Assembly (NCBI GenBank): GCA_977017645.1
Contig: OZ360225.1
Location: 94,984,001 to 95,048,000 of the forward strand
Direction: 5' to 3'
Length of the DNA stretch: 64,000 nucleotides
Source: Torpedo marmorata
Taxonomy: Eukaryota
A program made the translations under genes and the position numbers. The notes under the pieces were generated by a model. The model searched no databases. It was not told the origin of the DNA and was given only the letters and a program-made list of their open reading frames with translations. Within the stretch, counting starts at the first letter, position 1, and every line of letters begins with the position of its first letter. Below, in pieces: positions 24,901 to 37,185 of this stretch.

Positions 24901-26890
24901 AAGAAAAAAATTCATTTAAAATTTCCCCCATCTCCTCTGACTTCTCACATAGCCTACCCATCTGATCCTCAATGGGCCCAATTTTATCCCTCACTATTCT
25001 TTTACTTTTAATGTACATCATGCATGTGTGCGATATCCGGTCGAAAGCCTCTCCTGGTCTAAGCTAACCAGCAGGTGTCCACCCCCTCTTCTGCATGTAG
25101 GCGATGATATCTCTGAGCAGTGTGAGGCTGTCATGGATTTTTCTGCCCGGAACCATGCAGGTTTGGTCTGAGTGGATCATCTGCCCCATAGCAAACTTGA
25201 CTCGATTGCTGATGGCTTTGGACAGGATTTTGTAGTTAATGCTTAACAATGATATGGGTTGCCAATTTCTGATATCCTCCTTCTCCCGCTGGTCCAGATT
25301 CTCCCGCTTGCTGTCATCTAAGTCCTCCGTGATAGAGGACGGGAAGTTTTAGGAGGCCATTCTGTCTGTAGCCTTAGTGTCGTACAGTATGGTATAAAAT
25401 GATCTGTTGATCCTCTGTATCCCCGTCTGCGAAGATGTGACTGAGCCATCCTCTTTCTTAATGGTGTGGATCACAGAACCTTTTGGAAGAAGAAGCATGA
25501 GCACATCTCATCCTGCTCCACTGTGCAGACTCTGGATCAGAAGATGACCTTAGAGGACTCCAAGTTGAAAAGCACGGCTTGCCGGCTCATCGCTTCTTGG
25601 AGTTCCTTTCTCACATCCACCCCTCTCGAATGCAGAAGGAGGAGTTGCTGCAGGTCAGTCTGGGGTTGGGTCAGTTCCCTCTGCCTCTTTCTTACTCTCC
25701 GGACACCATTGAGGATAAAGAACCTCTTGATGTTCTCCTTGGTCGCTTCCCACCAGTTCACTGGGGAGTCAAAGAAGGGTTTCATGGTTCTCCAACCAGC
25801 GTACTCCTTCTTTAGTTCCTCTACGTTCTCTGGTGTCAGCAACTTCACGTTCAGCTTCCACGTTCCCCCACCCACCTTCTGGTCCTCCTGTAGGTGACAG
25901 GAGGCGTGAAGGAGGCAGTGGTCAGAGAAGAACACTGGTGTGACATTGGTGGTTCTGACCATGACGGCCTTTGAACCGAAGACTAAGTCTTTCTGAAACC
26001 CGGTTGAGCCATCTGATCTTGACGAGCTGAGCTGCAGCTGTGCTCCACCTATTGTGTGTCCTTTAACGTCTTCATCAGGAGTCTGGAGGAGCTGTCCAGT
26101 CTACTGTTAGCACCACAGGATTGTCAAGCCGCGGTTGAAGTCACCGGCTGGAACGACTGACCTGGACGTCGCCAGCAATGGTGGGAGCTGCTGGAAGACG
26201 CCTAGCTTCTCACTCCGCATGGGCGAGGCATACACGTTGATCAGCCGGAATAGGGTGTCATGGTACCTTAGGTCCACCACGAGGAGACACCCCCCACCAC
26301 CTCCTTAACCTCAGTGATTACAAATTTGCCTCCCTGCAGCAATTTACCCAGACCTGATGCGCGACATTCGATCCCACCCCCCCCCCCCACCTCCACCCAA
26401 CCAGACAGCCCATGTAGCCACCATTGTGACCACCTCCGATAGTTCCTGAGGTGTGTCAGCCCACACTCCTGCATGAAAGTCACAGCTGCCTTGACTTTGG
26501 AAAAGTATTGCAAGGCTTTGTACATCATGTAGTGCGTTTGACACTGCACCTGCTGAGGGTTGCTATTTTAATCTCCATTGTTGTTTATAGGACTCTCCAG
26601 TTCGCAATACTTACAGTCCAATGTCCATCAGCCTGAGCCCTCGTGCCCACTGCTTCTGTGAACTGCAGCACTGATTTTGGGCTCAGGAACAGTGGATGAT
26701 CTTCCTCTGGGAGTGGGGTCTCCTCGGGCGAAGCTGGTAATGTCGGTGGGGGGAGATCAAACTGTGCTCCTGCTTCTCCGTCTCCTGGCTGGCTTGTATT
26801 CTTCTCCCAGCAGCTGATGTTCCATTGCAGCATGTCCCTTGCCAAGATTGAATTGGATGCTGCCCAACCCAAGAACACTTACACCTCATT
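21905..26890 (-). mobile_element. Degraded Tx1-like (L1/Tx1) LINE, split by a CR1 insertion
   Basis: EN motifs (FMQECG, INVYASP, FSDHC) and RT motifs (DQTCMVPGRKIHDSL, AFDRISH, SLYLDDV), YLKVLGIW, and C-terminal CPRDDCGGMETVAHLFAEC. Confidence 0.85.
23238..25016 (-). mobile_element. 5'-truncated CR1 LINE with (ATATGGTT)n tail, nested in Tx1
   Basis: ORFs 24362..25021 and 23532..24302: KSPGPD, NYRPVSLTS, GVPQGSVLGP, KYADDTK, RPNLEYC. Confidence 0.95.
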
Positions 26891-27676
26891 CATTTGCCAC
26901 TAATTAATGGTATTACTGTATCTGGGCGAATAAAGCAGAACTTGGCATGAACACTGGTTACATTATCTGTACATCGAAATTTCCACCAGAGGTAAGACTG
27001 GGTAGAAGATATCTCCTCCCACAATTTCCACTAGTTTCATGTAATTTCACTCCACTGCTTAAAATGTTTAAAATATACAGGATCTCTTGTATTTTATTGG
27101 AATATTAGCTCTGGATCATTGTGTGAAGTCCAAAGTCAGAACAGCATAACTGTAGTTAATAACCATTGGACCCAATTTTCACTCAGGTAAACTGGTATTC
27201 AGGGAGTGATAATTACTTTAAATTGTTAGTAAAATTGCAGTTGCATTTTTGTTAACTGAATGTACACACAGACAATGCAGTCTGCCAGTTACTTTACAAT
27301 AATGTGCTCTTTGTAATCAGAATAATGGTGATTTATTTCCTATCATTAGTGGTGTATGGTGGTGCATTCCCTATCACCATTGATGCATGGTAGTGTGCTG
27401 TTATCAAAGATAAATGGTAGTGCACTCCGCATTCATTATTGCCATGATTATATGGGGATTCCTTTTATTTCTTCTCTTGTAGCACATAAATGGGAATCAG
27501 TAACTTGGGTCTGTAATATGAAAAGGTATTGCACAAAACATCAGTTATATATATTTACCTCCTATGGACGATGCGAGACCTGCTGAATTCCACCAGAATT
27601 TTTGTGAATAAGTTGATTACCAACATCCTTTTATTTAATTGCAACATTTAGTGAGAGAAAGTAAACTTATTTTTTT

Positions 27677-27905
27677 AAATTTAGACATACAGCATGGTAA
27701 CAGGCCCTTCCGGCGCACGAGCCCCTGCTGCCCAATTACACCCAATTATCCTACATTTTTGAAGGGTGGGAGGAAACCGGAGCACCCGGGGAAATCCCAC
27801 GCAGACACGGGAAGAACATACAAACTCCTTACAAACAGCGCCGGATTCAAACCCGGGACGCTGGCACTATAATAGCGTCGTGCTAACCGCTACGCTCTGT
27901 GCCTG
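27677..27905 (-). mobile_element. tRNA-derived SINE (HE1/V-SINE-like) with CR1-type tail
   Basis: On the minus strand, an A/B-box-like head agcgtagcggttagc...gggtttgaatcc and the central gggtgctccggtttcctccca motif. Confidence 0.8.
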
Positions 27906-28753
27906 CATGGATAAAAAACTAGTCAATCACTCCATATCAATTCATTTTAATGGAAACCCACATAATAATGATAATTTTAACAAATGTTGCAAAGGTTGTT
28001 TAACATGAATAGTTGAAATAATCCCATGCCCTGACTAAATTGATTTGTATAAAAAAAAAGCCACACTTACAAGACCAGTGAGCAACTTTTACACTTGATT
28101 TCAAACAGTTGCTAACTACATGCAACTGAGATTTTTTAATATTTCAATTAAATTTAAATATCTTGTATTTTTATCAGCAAAAGCTTTCATTCTGGCTCTT
28201 TGTCAATCCAAAACCATCATCGTCGTAATTCATGATATTTCATTTAGGCTCCAACAACAATTGAAGAAAATTTACAAATTTCCATTTAATCATTGAGAAA
28301 TTCCCCACAGCATTTATTCTAGGAAATGTTCCCAATTGCACTGATTTTCTCATAACTTTATATCATTTTATAGTTTCATCAATTCAGAAAATTTCCAACA
28401 AGGAACGTTTACTCAACTCTATGGTGTTGTACAGAGTCTAATGGAGGGTTCCTGTTAATTCCCACTACGCATTTAACACCTTCCTTCTAACCAATAAATT
28501 CCTCTTGAAAATCTCATTATCCTCCAGAATGCACAGAATAAAAGGCATTAACCCTTTATTGAGAGTAATTTAAAGATTAGCTATTGATTACTATTACCAG
28601 TTAAAAGAAATCACAGTAAATAGCATATCATTTCCCGACAACAGTAACAACCTTGATGCGATAATAATGATACGTTCAATTATGATTACCTCCTTCAAAT
28701 ATATTATTATTTTACGTCACTTAAAGTCTCGCTATTTACATACTGTTTATTGA

Positions 28754-31182
28754 ATCAAGTGTCGCCCGTTCTACTTGCCGAGGAGTTCAGCGCCATCATC
28801 CTGGTCACAGTGTACATTCCGCCCCAGGCTAACGTCAGGCTGGCACTGGAGGGACTGAGCGCTGTGATAAACAGCCATGAGACAGCACATCCTGATGCCT
28901 TCCCGATCATTGTGGGAGACTTCAATCAGGCCAATCTGAAGAAGTCACTGACAAACTACCACCATGCGAGACCAGGGGAACCAACACACTCGACCACTGC
29001 TACACCACCATGAAGAACGCATACCGAGCCATACCACGACCGCACTTCGGCAAGTCTGATCACCTGGCTGTACTTCTACTCCCAGCGTACAAGCAGAGAC
29101 TGAAGACCACAGCACCAGTGGTGAGGACGGCGAAAGAATGGTCGAGGGAGGCGGAGGAGCATCTGCAGGACTGCTTTGAATCGGTGGACTAGAACATATT
29201 CAAGAACTCATCCATAGACCTGAATGAATATGCAACAGGTGTCACCGACTTCATCAAGACCTGCGTGGATGAGTGTGTGCCCACGCGCAAATACCGGGTG
29301 TTCCCCAACCAGAAGCCTTGGATGAATCAGAGAATTTGCAACCTGCTGAGGGTGAGAACAAGGGCGTTTAAGGCCGGGGACCGGATCTTTACAAGAAGTC
29401 CAGGCACAACCTGCGGAAGGCCATCTCTGAAGCAAAGTGGCAATTCCGGAGGAAACTAGAGACAGAGACAGATGCAAGCCAGCTATGGCAGGGAGTGCAG
29501 GCCATTACAGCCTACAAAGCGAGGGCGAGCACTATAGACGGCTGTGATGCTTCACTACCTGATGAGCTGAACACCTTCTATGCCCGCTTGGAGAAGAAGA
29601 ACAAAACAGTGCCTACTAGAATCCCTGAAAAGGATGAGGACCCGTGATATCTGTCTCTGAGGGCGACGTCAGAACATCATTCAAGAGGGTGAACCCTCGC
29701 AAGGCGTCAGGCCCTGACGGCGTACCTGGCAGGGTACTGAAAATCTGCGCCAACCAAATAGCCGGAGTGTTCACGGACATTTTCAACCTCTCATTGTGGC
29801 AGTCAGAGGTTCCCACCTGCTTCAAAAGGGCATCAATCATCCCGGTACCCAAGCAGAGTAGTGTGAGCTGCCTCAACGACTACCGCCCAGTAGCACTCAC
29901 TTCTACTATGATGAAATGCTTTGAGAGGCTGGTCTTGGCCAGAATTAACACATACCTAAGCAAAGATCTGGACCCACTGCAATTCCCCTATCGCCACAAT
30001 CGCTCCACAGCAGATGCAATATCGCTGGCTCTCCACTCAGCTCTGGATCACCTCGAAAACAGCAATTCATACATACGGCTGCTCTTCATCGACTACAGCT
30101 CGGCCTTCAATACCATTATTCCCTCAGTGCTGGTCAAGAAGCTACAAACTCTAGGCCTCTGTACCCCACTCTGCAACTGGATCCTTGACTTTCTCATTGG
30201 AAGACCACAGTCAGTACGATTTGGAAACAATGTCTCCTCCTCACTGATTATCAACACATGTGCACCCCAAGGATGTGTGCTTAGCCCACTGCTCTACTCG
30301 TTATACACCCATGACTGTGTGGCAAGGCACAATTCCAATGCCATCTACAAGTTTGCCGATGACACCACAGTTGTCGGCAGAATCACAAACGGCAATGAGG
30401 AAGCGTACAGGAGGGAGATAGATCAGCTCGTTGAATGGTGTAACGACAACAACCTTGCACTCAATGCCAGCAAAACCAAGGAGATGATTGTAGACTTCAG
30501 GAGGAAGTCAGGTGAACACGACCCAGTCCTCATCGAGGGTTCAGTAGTGGAGAGGGTCAAGAACTTCAAATTCCTGGGTGTCATCATCTCCGAGGATCTG
30601 TCCTGGAGCATCCACGTTGATGCAATCACAAAGAATGCTCGACAGCGGCTATACTTTATGAGGTGTCTGCGGAGATTCGGTATGTCACCGAAGACTCTCG
30701 TAAACTTTTACAGGTGTACCGTGGAGAACATTCTGGCTGGTTGCATCACTGCCTGATATGGAGGCACCAACTCTCAGGACAAGAATAAACTCCAGAGGGT
30801 TGTTAACTCGGCCTGTGACATCACAGGCACCAGACTTCATTCCATCGAGGACATCTACATGAGGCGGTGTCTTAAAACAGCAGTCTCTGTCCTCAAAGAC
30901 CCCCACCACTCAGGCCATGCCCTTTTCACTCTGCTACCATCGGGAAAAAGGTACAGGAGCCTAAAGTCGAGCACTCAACGGCACAAGGACAGCTTCTTCC
31001 CCGCTGCCATCAGATTCCTGAATAATCAATGAACCAAAGACACTGCCTTACTTTTCGTGCATTATTATTTATATTTTTTATAGTAATATCGTAAGATGGT
31101 AATAATATGAGTGTTTGCACTATGATACTGCCGCAAAACACCGAATTTCATGACTGTTCATGACAATAAATTCTGATTCTGA
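28754..31182 (+). mobile_element. 5'-truncated Rex1/Babar LINE (partial APE + RT)
   Basis: ORFs from 28750 to 30756; same family as the copies at 1121 and 8451; (ATTCTG)n tail. Confidence 0.95.
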
Positions 31183-31886
31183 CTGAATAATAATGAGGTT
31201 GTGATAAATGTAAAGCTTTTAGACAACAAACAGTTTAACTTCAGATATTTGTGAGTTTGATCAGATGAGATTACATAGAAATGTTTTAATTTTGTCTGAT
31301 TTCATCGTCTGATTTCATCGTCAAATAGTACCTCCGAATTTTGAATTTTATCCCATTCCAAATAATAGACTTTGCTTTTATTTCTTCTACCGAAGTGCAC
31401 TTTTCAACATTGTATTTCATTTGTCACTTCTTTGCCCATTCTCCTAATCTATTTAAGTCTCTCTTCAGCCTCTCCATTTCCTCGTCACTACCTGCCCCTT
31501 CACCTATTTTTGTATCATCTGCAAACTTAGTCACAAAGTCATTTATTCTGCAATCCAAATCATTAACATTGAAAGAAGTGGTCCCTACACTAACCCCTGT
31601 GGAACACCACTCATAATCGGTCGCCAAGCAGAATAGGATCTCTTTATTCCCAATCTCTGTTTCCTGCCGATCAGCCAATGCTCTGTCCATGCTACTACCT
31701 TTCCTGTAATTTCATGGGCTCTCATCTTGTTAAGCAGCCTCATGTGTGGCACCTTGTCAAAGGCTTTTTGAAAGTCCAAATATACAACATCCACTGTTTG
31801 TCCTTTGCCTAGCCTGCTTGTAGTTTCCTCAAAAAATTGCAGTAGGTTTGTCAGGCAAGATTTTCTCCAAAGGAAACCATGCTGAC

Positions 31887-32498
31887 TGTAAGAGCCGTAG
31901 GCTCAATAACTTACCTTAATCGCGGTGCTCCGATGCCTCGACGGGTTATGGAGAAGTTGCGACGTTTTTGGGCCGTCCTCGGCCTGTTTGGTGCTCTGCG
32001 CATGCGCTGGAGTGCCGACGGGCGCATGCGCAGTCTGGAGTGACGTCATTGTGCGCGGTGTAATGTGGGAGATGTAGTATGCACAGTGGAGCGTGCGCAG
32101 TGGAATAGGAACATGGAGCATGCGCGAATCGGAGAGAATAGGATAAAGATGGTGACGTAGGAGGGTGAGTGAGATCGCCATATCTTTATTGACCGTTTCA
32201 TACATCGTTTCATAGCGTTTCATAGATAGATTCATTGAACTTTTAAACTAGTTTATTTGTGGTTTAAAGTAGTTTATTGAACATCTAATACAGTCAAAAG
32301 GAATCATTTAAAGGAACTCATACATCATTTTCAAGAACTGTTTATTTTTATGTCATTGAAGATTACTGCAAGTCACGTGTGTAAATAAAGTTTTTGAAAA
32401 TATTGGACTTTGTTGGTAAATTAATTGAAACGCGTCAAAGACAAGTATCTCACTTAGCCTCCAGGTGACTATGGTTGGATAGAAGTCACCATATTATA
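31887..32498 (+). repeat. 5' LTR of the BEL element
   Basis: TGTAAGAG...ATATTATA; about 13 substitutions against the 3' LTR by manual count. Confidence 0.95.
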
Positions 32499-32948
32499 GT
32501 CAATAAAGGTGGCTGTTTGGAACAGAAAATTGAAGGAAAGAAGATAGAATAATCTCTCTGTGCTTTGGACCGATATTTAAAATAAAATGGTGGCCATTTG
32601 AAGATGACTCGAGGTGGGGGCAGTTTGTAATCCACATCCATCTGCCATGAATAACAGCCAGAGAGGGATTTAAAGCTTGAAATCTTATAGTAAAATGTCC
32701 TATAAATACGTTGGAGAAACCATTTTTGGAAAATCAGTGATATTATTGACGGATGTTGTGGTTGAAACTCGTTTGTGGATAGCAGCACATTACAGTCATT
32801 TGAAGTGGTAGGCATAAGTCTGTGGACTCCTTCTGTGTATCTTTAGCAAGTAAGAACACAGTTTGGAATTGCTGCCGTTGGTCCATTGGGGACTGTTGTT
32901 TGGCTAGTGTTGTGTATGCTTGAAGGACAGAGGAACAAGACGAGTAAA

Positions 32949-35900
32949 ATGGCCGCAGCAGCCTCTGATACAGCAGCTACTGATGTATCAGCAGCTGACG
33001 CAGCAACCGCTGATGTTGCTGTTGAGGACCAACGTATTGAAGACATGAAGATTGCGGATTTTAAAGAAGAATTGAAGCGACTGAAAAAGGACATAAGTGG
33101 AAATAAAAAGGTTCTTATCGCAAGATTGAAGCTGGCAAAGGATGAAGAGGCAGCTTCATTAGATGAACAAGATGATAACTTGGAAATGGCTGAAATTGTG
33201 TCACCAAATGATGAAGAAAATGATGAAGATATTGAAGAGGTTGAAGATGCAAAGGATATACAATTCGAATTGGATAAAGAGGTAAGTATGAAGACAACAT
33301 ACAAACTGCAGGACGAAATACAAGCAAGTGACAGTGTCTCAAATGCTGAAAGCAGGAGAAGCAAAAGAAGTTCTGGTTTGAGCTCCAGAGTTTCTCGTAC
33401 TTCAAGTTCTGCATCGTCACGTACAAAGATTGATGTTAAATTGGCCGGTTTTCTTGCACAACAAAAAACGCTTAAGGATAAATATATTTTAAAACAAGAT
33501 GAGGAGCAGCTAAGACAAAATGAGAAGCAGCTAAAGGAGCAGCTAAGACAAAATGAGAAGCAGCTAAAGGAGCAGCTAAGACAAGAGAAGGAGCAGCTAA
33601 GGCAGAGAAAAGAACAGCAGGAGCTGGAAACAAACATTGCTATTGCCAAGGCAGAAAAGAAAGCAATAAAAGGCTCAATGGTATCTGGTGCTGGAAGTAA
33701 ATTATCTAAATTGTCTGATAATAAAAGGTCATATTTAAAAAAGGAGTCACAGGAAAAGAAACCAACCAAAAGGATAGATATTTTAGAACCAAGGATACAA
33801 AACTTGCATATACAAGGACAAACCTTTCAAGAGCATATTGGTATCGAGTCACATGTACCAATGGTAACATCTGAAAGCAAAGCTGCGGCTTGGGTTCGGG
33901 CGAACGAAGCAGCTTCTTTGTTATTTGAGTCAAGCATCAGAAATATGGAAGAAACTACACCAGTGAGGTTTCCAGATACATTGCATGCAACAAGAGACGG
34001 TGAACAGAGCAATGTATTATCATCCAAGGAAAGACAAAATGAAATTGCTACATCATTGATTCAGTTACAGTCTCTCTCTTCTTTACCCAAGAAAGAGATA
34101 CAAATTTTTGATGGTGATCCACTTCAGTATCAATCATTTATGAGATCTTTCAAACGCAATATTGAAGATAAATGCCTAGATCGTGATGAATGTCTTTATT
34201 ATTTGGAAATGATCACAAAGGGACATCCAAAAGAACTGGTAAAGAGTTGTAAACAAATGTCTTCAGAAAGAGGATTAGATAAAGCTAAGGCTTTACTGGA
34301 ACAATATTTTGGCAACAAGCATCGAATTGCTTTAGCTTATATAGATAAAGCTCTTAAATGGACATCAATAAAACAAAATGATGTAAAGGCTCTGCAAGAA
34401 TATACTCTATTTTTAAGAGGACGTTGTAATGCCATGGAAGATATTGATAATATTCGTGAGCTTGAAGTGCATAGTAATATGCGAATCATCTTAGAAAAAT
34501 TACCTTACAAGTTATGGGATAGATGGAGAAATTTGGCTTGTGATTTACAAGTAAATTATGGTCGAAAAACTACTTTAAAGGATTTGGTAAATTTTCTTGA
34601 ACGACAGGTGTACGTTGAAGCAGATCCACTATTTGGAAATACCAGAGATAATTCAATGGGCAAAGATGTAAGGAAGTCTAATTCACAGCCTAGTCCGAAA
34701 TTAAAATGGAGAACTTTTGCTACTAATGTGTCAGTTATAAGTAAAGAAAAGGACAAAGTAAATAAGGAAAAGGAAAGTTTGCCTAATGAAAAGAGTTGTT
34801 TGTTCTGTAAAGGTGGACATGCTTTGGAAATGTGTTTAAGATTGGAAAAGAAGGAACATAAGGAGAAGATCGCTTTCTTAAAGGAAAATGGAATATGTTT
34901 TAGCTGTCTGTGTAAAGGGCACATCAGTAAAAACTGCGAGAAGCGAATTAATTGTAACATATGCAATTTGAAACATCCTAGAATTTTGCATATCCATAAC
35001 AGAAACAAGGAATTGGAAAAGGAGCAAACAGAAACAAAGGAAACAACAGAAAATAATGTTATAACCTCGGTTCAGACAAGTGGTCTTACCGGGGCCGGTG
35101 TGGATAACTGCAAACTTTCGATAGTGCCTGTACAAGTCAAGACTAAGAAAGGGGATGCAACAGTACAAACATATGCATTTCTAGACCCAGGCAGCACTGC
35201 ATCTTTTTGCACGGAAGGACTAATGAATAAACTTAATATTCAAGGAAGAAAATCAAGAATTATGTTAAAAACCATGGGACAAGAAAAGGTTGTTGAAACT
35301 AACATTGTTTCTAGCTTAGAGGTTGCTGGATTGATAGACAAAAAATGTTGTGATCTTCCAAGTTTATATACTCAGAAGACTATGCCTGTGCATGAAGGAA
35401 ATATTCCTCATCAAAAAGATATCCATCATTTAGCTTATCTGTGGAAGGTTTATTTACCTAAAATTAATTCTGAGATAGAAATGCTGATTGCTTCAGATGT
35501 GCCAAAGATTTTGGAACCACAAGAAGTAATACAGAGTAAAAGGAATGGACCTTACGCTATTAGAACCAAGTTTGGTTGGACAATCAATGGACCATTGGAA
35601 AGAAATAATGATATTGCTCAGGAACAGTTAGCGATAAATATTAATAGAATTTCGGTTGTGAAAGTTGAAGAGTTAAGCGAAGAGCAAAAAACTGTGAATA
35701 AGAAAATCACTTTTGAAGAAAAGAAAACAGATCAATGTGTAAATAAATCAAGGGTATTTAAAACAACATTGAAGGAATTATTTTCACCAAAAATGGATGA
35801 AAGTGAAGTATTAGAAGATCTTGCAAATAATACTATTGATTGTTCATGTGTAATTGAATCAGATACAGGAATAAAACAAGTGACTGAAAACAAATCTGAA

Positions 35901-36758
35901 TGTAGATTTTGTAGTTCAGAGATTACAACAGACAAAGTTAATGAAGAAATATTGCAATGTGATGTAAAACTGGAAAACACAGAAAATTGTGCTGATGGTA
36001 TAAAGAATAATGTGAATGATAATTTAATACAATTGAATTCAGAGAACAAAATGTTGAAAGGGGAATTGGAAATATTAGATAATCATGAAAACAGTCAACA
36101 GAAAGATTTAATTGTAAGTAAAATTTGCAAAGTCAGAAAGCGGAAGAAAAGAATAACTGCTGAAGAAATGAATACAGTTATTGAGGAAAGAGATTCAGCA
36201 TTGTCAAAATGTAAAAGGTTGGAGGAAGAGATTAATGTTTTGAAAGAGAACAAGTTATTGGTTAATAACACAAAACAGTTGACTTTAAAAACCAATCAAT
36301 AATGTAAATTGAATGTTCAGCTATTAACAATGCAGAAAGAATATGATATTGCATTGCAGAAATGTAACAAGCAAGATGAAGAAATTAAAAAATTTCAAGT
36401 TTGCCTCAACAGGATTGACAATGGAAATATCAATGTATCACATGATATTTTGACTTCAGATCAAATTATTAATTTATCGGAAAGAACTGAGACTGAATTG
36501 AAAGTTGCAAAATTGGATTTGGAATTGCAGGAAAGAGCAATAGAAACCAGAGTGGTTAAAGAGACCTGTTTATTAAAATCGAAAGGATCAAATAAATATT
36601 CAAATTCTAGTTCTAAGAGTTTAAATTCTTCACATGAGAAGTGGAATGCTGAAGAAAGGAATAAAGTGAAACGACATGCTGAAGAAGTGCCTCGTGTTAA
36701 ATTCAAAAGAAAAATTTTATCTATTTTGTCTGAGGAAGATTTGAGGTTTACTGGTTGA
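32949..36758 (+). CDS. SAP-Gag-aspartic protease fused to a MIPOL1-like coiled coil (~1269 aa if TAA 36300-36302 is corrected)
   Basis: SAP-like motif IEDMKIADFKEELKRLKKDISGNKKVLIARL; BEL Gag FDGDPLQYQSF; three CCHC knuckles (CLFCKGGHALEMC, CFSCLCKGHISKNC, CNICNLKHPRILH); protease AFLDPGST...RTKFGWTING. ORF 36309..36758 is in the same frame. Confidence 0.85.
33499..33615 (+). repeat. 33-bp coding tandem repeat (EQLRQNEKQLK) in BEL Gag
   Basis: gagcagctaagacaaaatgagaagcagctaaag is repeated, followed by degenerate units. Confidence 0.85.
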
Positions 36759-36759
36759 T

Positions 36760-36980
36760 GTTTTAACTCAAAGATTATGGAGATAAAAGAACTTTAAAGA
36801 GACATTATGATTATTATGGATAATTCAACTTCAAGAAACTCCTGGTTACTTGGAAAAATTATTGAGACTTTTCAAGACAAAAGGGGACTTGTGCGTCAAG
36901 TGTGAATTAAAACTAAGACTGGTTTTCTAAACAGACCTATTAACAAGGTCTGTCTTTTGTTGGAGACAGAGGAACTTTGA
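36760..36980 (+). pseudogene. Remnant of the BEL integrase C-terminal (DUF5641-like) tail
   Basis: DIMIIMDNSTSRNSWLLGKIIETFQDKRGLVRQV*IKTKTGFLNRPINKVCLLLE. Confidence 0.8.
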
Positions 36981-37173
36981 TAAATATAAACTGACTTTAT
37001 TTGTTGTTGTATACTTCACAGGTTACAGACTTTTGTTGATTCAGAGTTATGGTAAACTCTGAGTTTATGAAGAAGGAAGAAAGAAGATTTGTATATTGTT
37101 TGAATGTTATGGTTATTGTTATTTATAATTTATAGTGTAATTATTATTTAAGACATTGTGTCTAATTATAATA

Positions 37174-37185
37174 ATTAGGGGCCGG
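37174..37185 (+). promoter_or_regulatory. Polypurine tract of the BEL element
   Basis: aattaggggccgg lies immediately before the TG of the 3' LTR. Confidence 0.75.

Noticed and set aside
26905-26996. Open frame ending at a GAG|GTAAGA donor
   Set aside because: No clear acceptor, adjacent to the decayed Tx1 end, and the peptide is not recognised.
32843-33769. 308-aa antisense ORF in the BEL element
   Set aside because: It is the shadow of low-complexity, repeat-rich Gag codons (Ser/Phe/Cys-rich) and has no recognisable domain.
36300-36302. Possible programmed stop-codon readthrough
   Set aside because: It lies mid coiled coil at a position matching Glu in MIPOL1 and lacks a readthrough context, so a GAA>TAA mutation is simpler.
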